From the NCBI GenBank assembly GCA_036339735.1, contig JAYZAL010000088.1:109676-173675 (forward strand): 64,000 bases of DNA, in the 5' to 3' direction. This DNA is from Candidatus Poribacteria bacterium (GTDB taxonomy: Bacteria > Poribacteria > WGA-4E > UBA9662). The notes below the pieces were generated by a model. It was not told where the DNA came from, did not search any database, and saw nothing but the letters and a program-made list of their open reading frames with translations. Made by a program: the position numbers and the translations under genes. Positions 9,476 to 19,693 of the stretch are shown one piece after another (within the stretch, counting starts at the first letter, position 1; each line of letters begins with the position of its first letter).

Positions 9476-10942
9476 TTATCTGCTAATTGGCTTACTCGCG
9501 ACCAGACTATTTATATACTCTTCTAAGTTGGTGTAACCATCACCGTCTTGATCGCTAATGCCATCACTAGGATCTTCCGCGTCTAGTCCGTTTGATTTTT
9601 CCCAGTAATTAGGTATACCATCTCGGTCAATATCCCAATCTTTCGGTCTTTGTTCTGTTGGGTAATGATCCCAACCACCAACTTGTCTTTGTGAGTCAAT
9701 CAGTACGCCTTTCTGCATAACGATATTTTCGATAACTCGTTCGTCTACTGTATCTCGCACTAATGAACAACCTGAATACTTTAGACAGTTTGAATAGGCA
9801 TCTTTAGCGGTTTGTGTTGGCACAGAAAACTCACCGCAATCGATTTCTGATTTCAATTCCCATCGATTGCGTGATGTCGACATATAACTCCCAGTATTCG
9901 TATATTCTATTGCTGTAAAGTTATCTGAGTTGAAAACTTCTGACATCCCATCAAAGTAGTTACCTTGAATAAAACCTTTAGCTCTAGTTGTATCATGATC
10001 CTTAATTCGTAATGGTGGCGTAGAATAATTTTTTGTACATGGACCAGGTCTATAATAGTTATTGATGCAGTTAATTTGTACTCCACCCAAATTCGTTGGA
10101 CCACTCCAGTTATAATTAACGCAGTTTCGAAAGTCAACAATCCAGTTCGATCCACCTTTTTTAGCACCAGACCCTATAGTTGGATGACGATTTCTAGAAG
10201 TGGAGTAGATATTGCCGTAAATGGTCGTGTTACCAAAACAGTCTCGTAGCGAAGTGGCCATGGCATGTGCTCCCTTTCGATGGAGCGATCGATTAAGTGC
10301 TTCGCTATAAATTAACCACTGTAACGTCATGTTCTTATTACCGCGATAATCAGAATTACCATCAATCCCCCAACTTAGCGAAAGATGATCTAGGATAATT
10401 TGGTCATTATAGTTTACTGTCATAACGTCTGGTGCCGCCCCCTGTTCTTTGTTTTCATCTCCTAGCCTTACGCGAATGTAGCGGACAATGATTTGTTTAC
10501 TTTCTTTGATAGAAAAATTTTGATCACGTAATGTAATTCCTTTACCCGGAGCTGTTTGACCAGCTAAAGTCAAATAACTCTTACCTTTAATTTCCATTGG
10601 ACTCTTTAAGATAATAGTACCTGCGACTTCGAAAACAATTGTTCGAGGCCCATCAGCTGTCTTAATCCCATAACGAAGTGATCCAGGACCGTTATCCTTT
10701 AGATTCGTGACTTGGTAAACGTCTCCACCCCGACCACCTAGGGTATACTTTCCAAAGCCTTCTGCGCCGGGGAAAGCGGCTATTCGGACATCGCCTGATA
10801 TTGAATCAAATGCTAAAAAAAGAATAAGTATATTTACTATCCATATAATCTTAAAAATTCTAATTAGACTACAACAACTGTTTATTCGATTCTCTTGTTC
10901 TGTCTTAATAAGGGAATGGTAAGAAATTTTCATTTTGCTCAC
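9476..10942 (-). CDS. Pectate lyase-like protein (PL1-type); true start may be downstream
   Basis: 'AFPGAEGFG..T.GGRGG', 'GPGSLR', 'IILDHLSLSW', 'RNRHP'; C-terminal 'D.DRDGIP..WE...D.DGDGYTNLEEY'. Confidence 0.85.
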   Translation of the reverse strand: MSKMKISYHSLIKTEQENRINSCCSLIRIFKIIWIVNILILFLAFDSISGDVRIAAFPGAEGFGKYTLGGRGGDVYQVTNLKDNGPGSLRYGIKTADGPRTIVFEVAGTIILKSPMEIKGKSYLTLAGQTAPGKGITLRDQNFSIKESKQIIVRYIRVRLGDENKEQGAAPDVMTVNYNDQIILDHLSLSWGIDGNSDYRGNKNMTLQWLIYSEALNRSLHRKGAHAMATSLRDCFGNTTIYGNIYSTSRNRHPTIGSGAKKGGSNWIVDFRNCVNYNWSGPTNLGGVQINCINNYYRPGPCTKNYSTPPLRIKDHDTTRAKGFIQGNYFDGMSEVFNSDNFTAIEYTNTGSYMSTSRNRWELKSEIDCGEFSVPTQTAKDAYSNCLKYSGCSLVRDTVDERVIENIVMQKGVLIDSQRQVGGWDHYPTEQRPKDWDIDRDGIPNYWEKSNGLDAEDPSDGISDQDGDGYTNLEEYINSLVASKPISR

Positions 10943-11095
10943 CCTAGTTACTTAGCCCAAATTGTAAAATAGGAGCTCACACAATTTTGACTGTCTATTT
11001 CGATTTGGTGTTATAGTTACTTGTTTTTGATTGTACAACGGAGAAAATTAATCAGCTCATTATCGGCAAAGAGCTTAATGACGGACTGATTGGAG

Positions 11096-12427
11096 TTAAG
11101 CCCAGAGAGTATTTAGTCTTCTGGCAGTCCGTCCAGATAATGCCTGAAGTGATTTGGCAGCAGATGTGTCTCCAGCCAAATGGGCTAGCATCAGTCGTCC
11201 TTCTTCAACACACAGTGTATCTTGCTGTGGTAGTACTTCTCTTAGAAGAAAAAGCACATATTTGACTAGTCGGAATGGTCCATAGACTCGGATAGATTCG
11301 CCGGGAATAGATTCCACTGCGACTGAAAAAAGATCTTTGATACTAATTATCAAATCAGAATGTGTCAACGTAGGTGAAAGGACAACCGTATAGTACCATC
11401 CGAATAGTGATCCAGTTTCACAACCGTGTGAATCACTAACACCCACTATGGGTAACTCGTTACCCATAGCACGTTCTTCGTAGTAGCGTGCTACCTGTAA
11501 AGTGTTAGAATCGACAGATTGTCGATCATAACCACCTAGTAATTCATATGCATCGAATGGTTGAGTTTGCAACAAATAAGAAGTTAGGGCACCAGATGGT
11601 GAATAACGGTGACCAGTAAACCAATAAGGGTGACAAAAAACACCTAAGCCACCACCTTTTCGTATTTTTTCGAAAGACCAGCAGCAGGAAGCATAAACAT
11701 AACGATCTACACCTGCAGGAAGTGGACCGAGTTGTTGCTCAATTTGGTTCACTTCCGCCTGATACTTCTCTTTATCCTCGAATAGTTCGTTTACACTGAA
11801 GCTACCACCGAAATTGACTATGTGAACTGGATTATTTGGAGGGTGTACTTCTTCACCAGGATAAATTCGTAGATCAATTGGAACCCCATCATAGGCTTGT
11901 TTTGCTGCCAACGATGGTTCATATTTGCGATGGTCGGTCAAGGCCATAAAATCAAGCCCAATCTTTCTACAGCATCCTGCTACATATCCAGGAGATTCTC
12001 GCCCATCAGATAGATGGCTGTGCATGTGTATGTCGCCCTTGTAAGGCTTTCGATCGAATAAGTCAGGTTGAACTGAATAGAGCCGGAATTCACCAACCAA
12101 CCTCCGGTTGCTTCCCAAAACCTCTTCTACGAGCAACACATGCTCTTGTTCCCCCTCAAAGTATTGTGACAGGCGCAAACAGTCATCTATTACTGTCAGG
12201 TTCTGTCTATTCTGCTTAGGCCAACCACTCTGAAGAGCAATTTCTTCTACAGGATAATAAGTAATCTGGTACTGTCGGTCAGAATTGAAATAGACATGAT
12301 CAAATAGTGGTCGAATTTTAACAACGGTCTCCTTGTCAGCAGGTACGACTTTCGGTAACAATTCGAAAAAACGGTTTTCGGCTTTCATAATTTTCGGCAA
12401 TAATTTTGTTTTGAATAATCTAATCAA
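11096..12427 (-). CDS. PHP-domain (phosphoesterase-like) protein
   Basis: 'GDIHMHSHLSDG', 'LDFMALTDH', 'CHPYW', 'VSDSHG'. Confidence 0.85.
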   Translation of the reverse strand: MIRLFKTKLLPKIMKAENRFFELLPKVVPADKETVVKIRPLFDHVYFNSDRQYQITYYPVEEIALQSGWPKQNRQNLTVIDDCLRLSQYFEGEQEHVLLVEEVLGSNRRLVGEFRLYSVQPDLFDRKPYKGDIHMHSHLSDGRESPGYVAGCCRKIGLDFMALTDHRKYEPSLAAKQAYDGVPIDLRIYPGEEVHPPNNPVHIVNFGGSFSVNELFEDKEKYQAEVNQIEQQLGPLPAGVDRYVYASCCWSFEKIRKGGGLGVFCHPYWFTGHRYSPSGALTSYLLQTQPFDAYELLGGYDRQSVDSNTLQVARYYEERAMGNELPIVGVSDSHGCETGSLFGWYYTVVLSPTLTHSDLIISIKDLFSVAVESIPGESIRVYGPFRLVKYVLFLLREVLPQQDTLCVEEGRLMLAHLAGDTSAAKSLQALSGRTARRLNTLWA

Positions 12428-12479
12428 GATTATAAACAGATTTACAATATCGAATGGCTATCATTTCCGTTTATAATCT

Positions 12480-13505
12480 TTAAACTGCGTAAGTTTTCCA
12501 CTGTCCTAAACACCCTGGTCCCCGCCTGACGTGTAGTAACCTCTTTTCCGCTTCAGCTATGTAACCTGAAACGGAATACATTCCATCCGCTCCATGACGA
12601 CATATACCAGCCGGATGACCATCGTGGTCTGATAAAATCTCTTTTATCACTGGTACCGATAAACATCCTAAGTTCTCTTCGAATAGTTGTCTCGCTCGAT
12701 CCAGTCTACTGCGGGAATCTGGTAAGAGGTATCTTTCCTGTGGTGCATAGTCATCTGTCAACGCATGATTGGTATGTACTAACCCATTAGTCCACTTATC
12801 TTGCCAAATTGAATGTCCTGATGGATAGATTTCAATATCACAAATCTGACCTTCACCGTCACAAATGACTTTGTTTGTCGCTGAACACACCTTGACGCTT
12901 TGTAGTAATTCTAGGCATTTGGCCAGATTGTCTTGTTCCAACAGAATTCTTTTAATTGGGTAATGAGGTATACCGTACTGCCACTGGTAACCATACAGTG
13001 CGTTGGTAAAGTGAGCTACTCCATGTTGATTCAGGCCAGCATATCCTAATTGTCCAGCAAATGTAAATATTAAAGCCCTAGGTTTGCCTGTCGGTTTGAG
13101 GTGTAGTAGAATTGCAACATCCTCATACTGAGGCTCTAGGTCTTGATTTTGTCCAATCAGCGTTAATCCATCGGTTGTATTCTGACCTGTAAAAGCAAAA
13201 GTAGTACAGCCTCCATCTTCCGTTTGGCTGGCTTCGGTTCTTACTTGACACAAGACTGCTTCTTCCAAGCTAATATCCGCACCATCGGCCAATCCTTGAA
13301 TTTCAGAGGCAAGATCATTACTAAGTTGTCTAATCAAAGGCAAGAAGGTTATGGCACGCCGAACCAGAACATCTCTGCTTTGGCCGGTTAGTTTTTCAAT
13401 CCAAGTCAAGTACTTTTGAACTAAATCTTTGGCTTGGCTACCATGTTGATAGCCTAACTGATAAGGAGTACCTGATACCTCGATTAAAGGAAATTCATCG
13501 ATCAT
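12480..13505 (-). CDS. C45 family autoproteolytic acyltransferase/hydrolase (Ntn hydrolase)
   Basis: 'GTPYQLGYQHG', cleavage site G|C in 'GGCTTF', 'GQNQD', 'GLNQHG', 'VHTNH'. Confidence 0.88.
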   Translation of the reverse strand: MIDEFPLIEVSGTPYQLGYQHGSQAKDLVQKYLTWIEKLTGQSRDVLVRRAITFLPLIRQLSNDLASEIQGLADGADISLEEAVLCQVRTEASQTEDGGCTTFAFTGQNTTDGLTLIGQNQDLEPQYEDVAILLHLKPTGKPRALIFTFAGQLGYAGLNQHGVAHFTNALYGYQWQYGIPHYPIKRILLEQDNLAKCLELLQSVKVCSATNKVICDGEGQICDIEIYPSGHSIWQDKWTNGLVHTNHALTDDYAPQERYLLPDSRSRLDRARQLFEENLGCLSVPVIKEILSDHDGHPAGICRHGADGMYSVSGYIAEAEKRLLHVRRGPGCLGQWKTYAV

Positions 13506-13530
13506 CGTTAACTATTTCGGACTGATTTTA

Positions 13531-14328
13531 TTATGGTCGAAATTTGACAGTAGCCCAACATGTTGTCAATTTGTCAGTCAAATCTACTGATGCGGTTCCA
13601 TTATATTCCAACATGAATAGTCCACCAGCATACCCTTTATAAGCATGGGCATTTTTAATTCCACCTTTTTTGGAACCAATACTGTGGCTGGTGCGGATTA
13701 GGAATTCTCCATCGTTACCTGAACGAATATTTTCCCATCTGGCAATTAGTCCTTTATTATTTTGGCCTGTGCTAAACTCAACACTATCTTCGTCTACCTT
13801 TTGAGCTGTTGCAGAAGATGTATAAGTGAAGTTCTCAGCTCCCATAATTTTCCAGTTAGTTACTCGATCTTTGTAATCTGGGCCACCATTTCTGTTAACT
13901 GTACCGACAAAAGTATAGACACCACCCGGTTTTAGTCCGGAAAATATCAAATCAAGATACCACCCTGGCCCATCGTTGTAACTCATATTGCCACTAGCAT
14001 CAACAACATCCTTGAAGATTTTATCGGCGTCACTACCATTATCGAACATGGATTCATCCTTAGCCCAGTTAATTGAGTTACCTTGCGATTTATGTTCAAC
14101 AAAACTAGCTGTCACTCCCGTTTCTTTACCTGTCTTAAACTGAAGGAGTTGGCCTTCTTCTGGAAATGGGTTGCCTCGACCAAGTCCGTAATTAGTAACA
14201 TTTTTCTTTTGAAATTGAATGCCTTTTTCGTAGGCACAATCATTGAAGGCTCTCCATTCTGCTGACACTATACTGAATCCAGTTGAGATAAGGATTAAAC
14301 AAAATATCCATTTTTTATCAGTCCACAT
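13531..14328 (-). CDS. Secreted hypothetical protein with C-terminal KLxxxW tail (ORF track start 14421; ATG 14328 preferred)
   Basis: GGAG 5 nt before ATG 14328; hydrophobic signal peptide ending VSA|EW; tail SVDLTDKLTTCWATVKFRP. Confidence 0.7.
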   Translation of the reverse strand: MWTDKKWIFCLILISTGFSIVSAEWRAFNDCAYEKGIQFQKKNVTNYGLGRGNPFPEEGQLLQFKTGKETGVTASFVEHKSQGNSINWAKDESMFDNGSDADKIFKDVVDASGNMSYNDGPGWYLDLIFSGLKPGGVYTFVGTVNRNGGPDYKDRVTNWKIMGAENFTYTSSATAQKVDEDSVEFSTGQNNKGLIARWENIRSGNDGEFLIRTSHSIGSKKGGIKNAHAYKGYAGGLFMLEYNGTASVDLTDKLTTCWATVKFRP

Positions 14329-14608
14329 GTGATCTCCAACGATTAATTTTATTATTTGAGTCAATTGAGGTGTTTTCATGTTTTCATTCCGTATTTTTTG
14401 TATAGTCTGTGATGGAAGCAAGGTCTATTCTGTCACACCCTAGATGTAGCTACATTAGTTTCTAATTTTTTTGAACTGAGTCCAGGCAATCAAGCTGGCC
14501 AATTTTAGCATAAAGATTGCTTGAATTGACAAACTTAACTAATGACTGAACATCGTGATAGAAACTATCTAAAATAATGAATCCCACAGGTACTGTAATA
14601 GAAAACAG

Positions 14609-15451
14609 CTATTCCAATTTAGCCCAAGGAATCGGATCAGTGTAACCTTCTGATTGATAGGGGTCTTCACCTTTAATTGGAGTTACACCTCGGTAGTTAT
14701 TTACACCCCATGGTAACATCGTATTAGAACTACAGTAGTGAATCGTTAGAGCTGGGCGATTTTGTTTACTATAATTTTTTCTAGAATTATGTAACAGGTA
14801 ACCAGAAAAAAAGAGCACACTGCCTGCAGTCATCTCAATTGGTATGGCATTACTATCATCAAATCCGCGTGCAATAGGCATACTATCGACATCGGGCAGA
14901 TTGTGTGCCTCACGCTTGTAAATGATCCCGGACTTGTGACTATCCGGAATAATCCACAAACAACCATTGGTAGTGGAAGCATCAGATAAAGCTATCCACA
15001 CTCCAGTTAACGAACGGTCGCGAGTAGGAATAGCTGATTCGTCCTGATGCCAAGGACTTCCATTACCACCGGGCTTTTTAGTAACAAACATAGTTTGTAC
15101 ACACTTATAGGCTCCATTCCAAAAAGGAACATTGGCTCCTACTATCAAGTCCAAAATACGACATAGTTTTGGGTGATCAATATACTGACGTATAATTTGG
15201 CTGTAAGCATGGGGTTGACCAATATACATGTAGCGGCCGATTAACCGTTGATCATTAATCGGCCAATCGATTGGCTCAATCGTTGAATTATCATAATGTC
15301 CTTGATTAATTTTTGCGAGATCAGTTCGGATTTCATCTTGACTTGTTTTAGAAATTAATTTATTAACTAAAACAAAACCATTTTTAATGTAATATTCTGT
15401 CAACTCTGAACTAACCATGGAAGACAGATGAAAGCCTGTTATATCAATCAT
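14609..15451 (-). CDS. Phytanoyl-CoA dioxygenase (PhyH) family Fe(II)/2OG oxygenase
   Basis: 'KKPG..G.PWHQD', 'VWIAL.D....NGCL..IP.SH', distal His in 'LLHNS'. Confidence 0.9.
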   Translation of the reverse strand: MIDITGFHLSSMVSSELTEYYIKNGFVLVNKLISKTSQDEIRTDLAKINQGHYDNSTIEPIDWPINDQRLIGRYMYIGQPHAYSQIIRQYIDHPKLCRILDLIVGANVPFWNGAYKCVQTMFVTKKPGGNGSPWHQDESAIPTRDRSLTGVWIALSDASTTNGCLWIIPDSHKSGIIYKREAHNLPDVDSMPIARGFDDSNAIPIEMTAGSVLFFSGYLLHNSRKNYSKQNRPALTIHYCSSNTMLPWGVNNYRGVTPIKGEDPYQSEGYTDPIPWAKLE

Positions 15452-16031
15452 TTAGCATGCGCTCCGCTTTAAAATACATTGAACTGATTTGATGTCTAGT
15501 ACGAATTCAAATCAGTTGACAACTTAAAAATTTTAATGATTTGGAAGGATTAATATGTAGTAAGCAAAACTGGTAAACTCGTGCGAGACATTTCTACAAA
15601 AGAAGATTGTTTAGAAGCTAATATTATTAATGTGTTTTGACACAACTTTTTGCGCAAAATTTAAAGGGGTACTTCAACATGTACTCCGTACTCTATAATC
15701 CTAGACCAATCATTGTTTTAGAATAACAATTTTGGTAGGCTACCTTCGAAACATAAAAGTCACCCTGACATCAAATATCTCGACAATCAACAATGAAAAA
15801 TTTCACACGTACTGTATACTCTATTCTTGGGATGGTCAACTTGTAAGTCCTTCATAAAACCGTTTCCCAGATTTTGAAAAGATATCTTTTCCTTGTAGGC
15901 ATTATACTTAAAATCTCCTATTTTATTTTCCTAATCGGAGTTTAGATTTTTAAATTACTAAGGGTTACTTTTAACGAATTAATCTTAGTGCATATTATAT
16001 TGCGCAATATACAAATTATCAGAGGTGGTAA

Positions 16032-17504
16032 ATGTCTTCCACACAACCAAATATAGTACTTTTTTTCACGGATCAATTACGTGCCGATGCACTTGGATGT
16101 TACGGAAACCAAATTTGTATGACACCCAATATAGATCGGCTGGCTGGAGATGGTGTCATATTTAATAATGCCTACACAACTAGCCCTGTGTGTTCGGCTT
16201 CAAGATCATCTCTCATGACGGGTCTTTATCCTCATAACCATGGAGTCATGCTCAATACACATATAGCTCCTGCTTGGTCAAGAGGACTAGATAGACAAGT
16301 ACCTGTTTTCAGCGACATATTAAAAAATAGTGGATATTTTTTAGATTATGTCGGTAAGTGGCACGTTCATCAGGATATCAGACCAGAAGAATATGGTTTC
16401 GACATTTATCAATCCCAATCAGAAATACAGTTAAAGAACCAACATATTGGCCGAAAAAGTGGGAAACTGGTCGAAGGATCTGGCAGTTTTATAGAATTCC
16501 CATACGGAAGTAAGGTTTGTGTAGCAGGAACTATGTCAGGCCCAAAAGAAAATTATCCTGCATGGCAAGTGGTTGAAGCAGGTATAGAAATGATTCAGGA
16601 AAACGCTAAACGAAAAAAGCCTTTCTTCACAAGAATTGATATTACCTCCCCCCACTTTGCTAATATTATTCCAGAACCTTATTCATCTATGTACAGACCG
16701 GATGAAATTCCACCATGGCCAAATTTTAATGAAACATTCGTCGGAAAGCCATCTAGTCACCTGAAGAAGCATCAAGATTGGAATTTAGAACAAAAAGGTT
16801 GGGAGTGGTGGCAAAATGTAGTGGCAAAGTACTATGGTGATGTAAGTATCATCGATGATCTAGTAGGTTTGACTTTGGAAGCTATCGAAAATGCCGGTAT
16901 TTCTGAAAATACTATATTCATCTTTTCCACGGACCATGGAGATTCGACTGGTAGCCATAGACACTTTGAGAAAGCTGGAACTATGTATGAAGAAATCTTC
17001 AAAATTCCCTTAGTGATGAGTTTGCCGAAAGGGATGGCTAAATCTAAAGAGATAAATCAATACGTTCGCTTAATGGACTTAATGCCTACGTTTGTAGATT
17101 GGGCTGATGGCGAAATGCCCGAAAGTATTGATGGAAAAAGCATTGTCCCCCTACTCCAAAGACAAGACCTCTCACATTGGCCAGATAGCGTTTATGCAGA
17201 ACATCACGGCGAAGTATGGGGTTATGCTTCACAACGTATGGTTAAAACAGATCAATGGAAATATGTAATGAATTCTCATGACTTAGATGAATTATATGAT
17301 TTGCAAAAAGATCCTTGGGAAATGAACAACGTCATAAATGAGGAGAAATTTGGTGAGGTTCTTTTAGAAATGAAAGCTCGGTTACTCGGTTGGAATGATG
17401 AAACTGGAGATATATTCAGATGGCCTTGGGTTCGTTATAATTTTCCTGATCCCGTATTACCTGATAATGTAAATAGAAAGACTTTACCTTTGACATGCAA
17501 ATAG
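16032..17504 (+). CDS. Sulfatase (formylglycine-dependent, CxAxR variant)
   Basis: 'PNIVLFFTDQLR', 'PVCSASRSSLMTG', 'VGKWH', 'TDHG'. Confidence 0.92.
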   Translation: MSSTQPNIVLFFTDQLRADALGCYGNQICMTPNIDRLAGDGVIFNNAYTTSPVCSASRSSLMTGLYPHNHGVMLNTHIAPAWSRGLDRQVPVFSDILKNSGYFLDYVGKWHVHQDIRPEEYGFDIYQSQSEIQLKNQHIGRKSGKLVEGSGSFIEFPYGSKVCVAGTMSGPKENYPAWQVVEAGIEMIQENAKRKKPFFTRIDITSPHFANIIPEPYSSMYRPDEIPPWPNFNETFVGKPSSHLKKHQDWNLEQKGWEWWQNVVAKYYGDVSIIDDLVGLTLEAIENAGISENTIFIFSTDHGDSTGSHRHFEKAGTMYEEIFKIPLVMSLPKGMAKSKEINQYVRLMDLMPTFVDWADGEMPESIDGKSIVPLLQRQDLSHWPDSVYAEHHGEVWGYASQRMVKTDQWKYVMNSHDLDELYDLQKDPWEMNNVINEEKFGEVLLEMKARLLGWNDETGDIFRWPWVRYNFPDPVLPDNVNRKTLPLTCK

Positions 17505-17960
17505 TATGGAACGTTCAACATCAAGTAAATTAATTAGTGATTTGATATTAACTGAAATTTTTCACTACTCACTTCAAGCTAACAATAGATCTTTCCTAGT
17601 CATTAGGGGCAGGAAACCTCAGAGAATATTTTGATCTTGTATACAGGGTGTAATAGGCTCGGTGAAATTTTTGGAAGGATGACTTTTCCAACTTAGTAAA
17701 TCAAGGTTGAGTAAATTATTATTTATTCTGGTATTGATATCAAGTAGCCCATTATTAATCCAAATGATTAGAAAGGAAGGATTCTTCTGATTGCTCAAAA
17801 AGACGTAATTGTATTCACCGCTTTGAAATAATGACCAGCGTCTACGTGTTTGAGGACCAATTTTTTGTTTTTCTTGGAATTATTGAAGGGACTTTCTCTA
17901 TCGGTTCAATTGTCCACCGGCAAAGATGCTAGTATTATTAACTACTTTCCAATCATAAAT

Positions 17961-18752
17961 TTACAATTCGCTCAATTGACCATTAACGACTTGCCTCAAT
18001 TTCATCAGTGCATTACCTTCTACTTGAGCTATACGCTGCCGACTCAATCCCAGTTGTTTACCAACTTCAGTTCGTGAACTTTCGGGTTGTCCTGAAAGGC
18101 CAAATCGGCGCTGTATAACCTCTGTTTCTCGATGAGTTAACTTTTGATTCAAAGCTTTGCCCAAGAAGATCTTTACCTGCTCTTCACGTTCGTTTTGAAC
18201 TGCCTGTTCTTCAGGACCAACCGAGTTGCAAACGTAGTTTGTAAGTGCTGTTTCAGCTGTATCATTTTTAGAATTATCCAATGAATAAAATAAGCGTGGT
18301 ACATGAACAAAAATTTGGTCTTTGTACTCAGGCTGAAGCGTTTCAGCGTTGTCATTTTGGCTCTCATTCATTTGTTCTTTCTTTAACCATTCGGCAGGCA
18401 CTCTGATACCTCTAGCTTTATTTTCTAAAGCACGACTGATGGATTGCCGGATCCAAATCCAAGCATAAGTGCTAAACCTACCACGAGTAGAATCAAACCG
18501 CTCAATAGCTTTCATGAGTCCAATAGCTCCCTCTTGCATCAGGTCATCTTCAGTCATTCCACTGTCATGATTTTGGTAATAATCTTGTCTAATTATTTTT
18601 CTAACTAAGCCGAGGTTCTTTTCAACTAAGATGTTTCTAATTCGATGACAGTCATCATTATTTTCGGCTAGCTTGGCTTTATTTAATTGACTAAACAACT
18701 CATTTTCTTGTTCGTCCCTGAACTTGGATTGATGAGAGCACATATAGTTCAT
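17961..18752 (-). CDS. Alternative sigma-70 family RNA polymerase sigma factor (regions 2 and 4 clear, short region 3); ORF track start 18815
   Basis: 'NLGLV', 'DDLMQEGAIGLMKAIERFD...RFSTYAWIWIRQSISRA..RGIRVP', 'RETEVIQRRFGL...EVGKQLGLSRQRIAQVE..AL.KLR'; AAGGA RBS before ATG 18752. Confidence 0.88.
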   Translation of the reverse strand: MNYMCSHQSKFRDEQENELFSQLNKAKLAENNDDCHRIRNILVEKNLGLVRKIIRQDYYQNHDSGMTEDDLMQEGAIGLMKAIERFDSTRGRFSTYAWIWIRQSISRALENKARGIRVPAEWLKKEQMNESQNDNAETLQPEYKDQIFVHVPRLFYSLDNSKNDTAETALTNYVCNSVGPEEQAVQNEREEQVKIFLGKALNQKLTHRETEVIQRRFGLSGQPESSRTEVGKQLGLSRQRIAQVEGNALMKLRQVVNGQLSEL

Positions 18753-18795
18753 AATTCCTTGATTTTGCATTAGTTTTGGGATTATACACCCCGAA

Positions 18796-18854
18796 TGCGA
18801 CAGCCAATGTCGCACAAAAAAAAATACCCGCTAATGTCGACACAGTTTGTCGCA
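18796..18854. promoter_or_regulatory. Two palindromic operator-like boxes in the sigma/ssb divergent region
   Basis: TGCGACA-gccaa-TGTCGCA (18796-18814) and GTCGACA-cagtt-TGTCGCA (18836-18854), 40 bp apart. Confidence 0.65.
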
Positions 18855-18945
18855 TTCGCCACGTATTTTTCAGATACCCACAGAACAAATAGAATGAATA
18901 TTGCTCTTCAAAGAAACTAATACAAATAAAAAGGAGATAAATCTA

Positions 18946-19365
18946 ATGTTGAATTATAACCGTACGATTATGATGGGACGATTAACACGTGATCCAGAGC
19001 TAAACATCTTAACCTCGGGGACTGAATCCATGACAACTGCACTAGCTGTTAATCGTACTTGGACAGACAAACATAGTGGTGAGAAACGAGAAGAAGTCTG
19101 CTTTATTGATTTGCAAGCCTTCGGTCGCATAGCGGAGGTAATCGCTGAACATTTTTGTCAAGGTGATCCTATTCATATCGAAGGCCGGCTACGCTTCCGC
19201 CAATGGGAGACACCCGAAGGCGAAAGGCGAGCTAAACATGATCTATTAATCGACAGTTTCGAGTTCGTGGGTGTCCGCAGTGATAACCAGGTGTTGTCTA
19301 ATACCAAAAAGGACCAGAGACAAACTATTCCAATTGCGGAAGTTGGGGACAACATTCCCTTCTAA
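18946..19365 (+). CDS. ssb: Single-stranded DNA-binding protein
   Basis: 'N...MMGRLTRDPEL', 'LAVNR.W', 'GDPIHIEGRL...WET.EG', acidic tail 'DNIPF'; AAGGAG RBS at 18931-18936. Confidence 0.93.
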   Translation: MLNYNRTIMMGRLTRDPELNILTSGTESMTTALAVNRTWTDKHSGEKREEVCFIDLQAFGRIAEVIAEHFCQGDPIHIEGRLRFRQWETPEGERRAKHDLLIDSFEFVGVRSDNQVLSNTKKDQRQTIPIAEVGDNIPF

Positions 19366-19693
19366 ATATCAAACTTAGGGTTACAAAATAATACGGAGCT
19401 TAATAAATCTTTTTTCTACTATTCATAATAGACTATTTGACATTCGATAACAGTATCAATAACTTAATCGACGAAAAATATGGCGACCTTAATTAACCAA
19501 CTAGAGTATATCGTCAACACCCTAGTGGAGATAAGAAGATGTGAAAGTATCTGTAAGCTTACGAAGACAGACAGTATTACACACAAATTTACTGTTTGCA
19601 CAAATTTCCTAATTTTTAATTCTAGATCGAAGCTTAGACCATTGCAAATGTACAACTACGAAACGAATTTGGATCGGACTCATAGTTAGTGAA

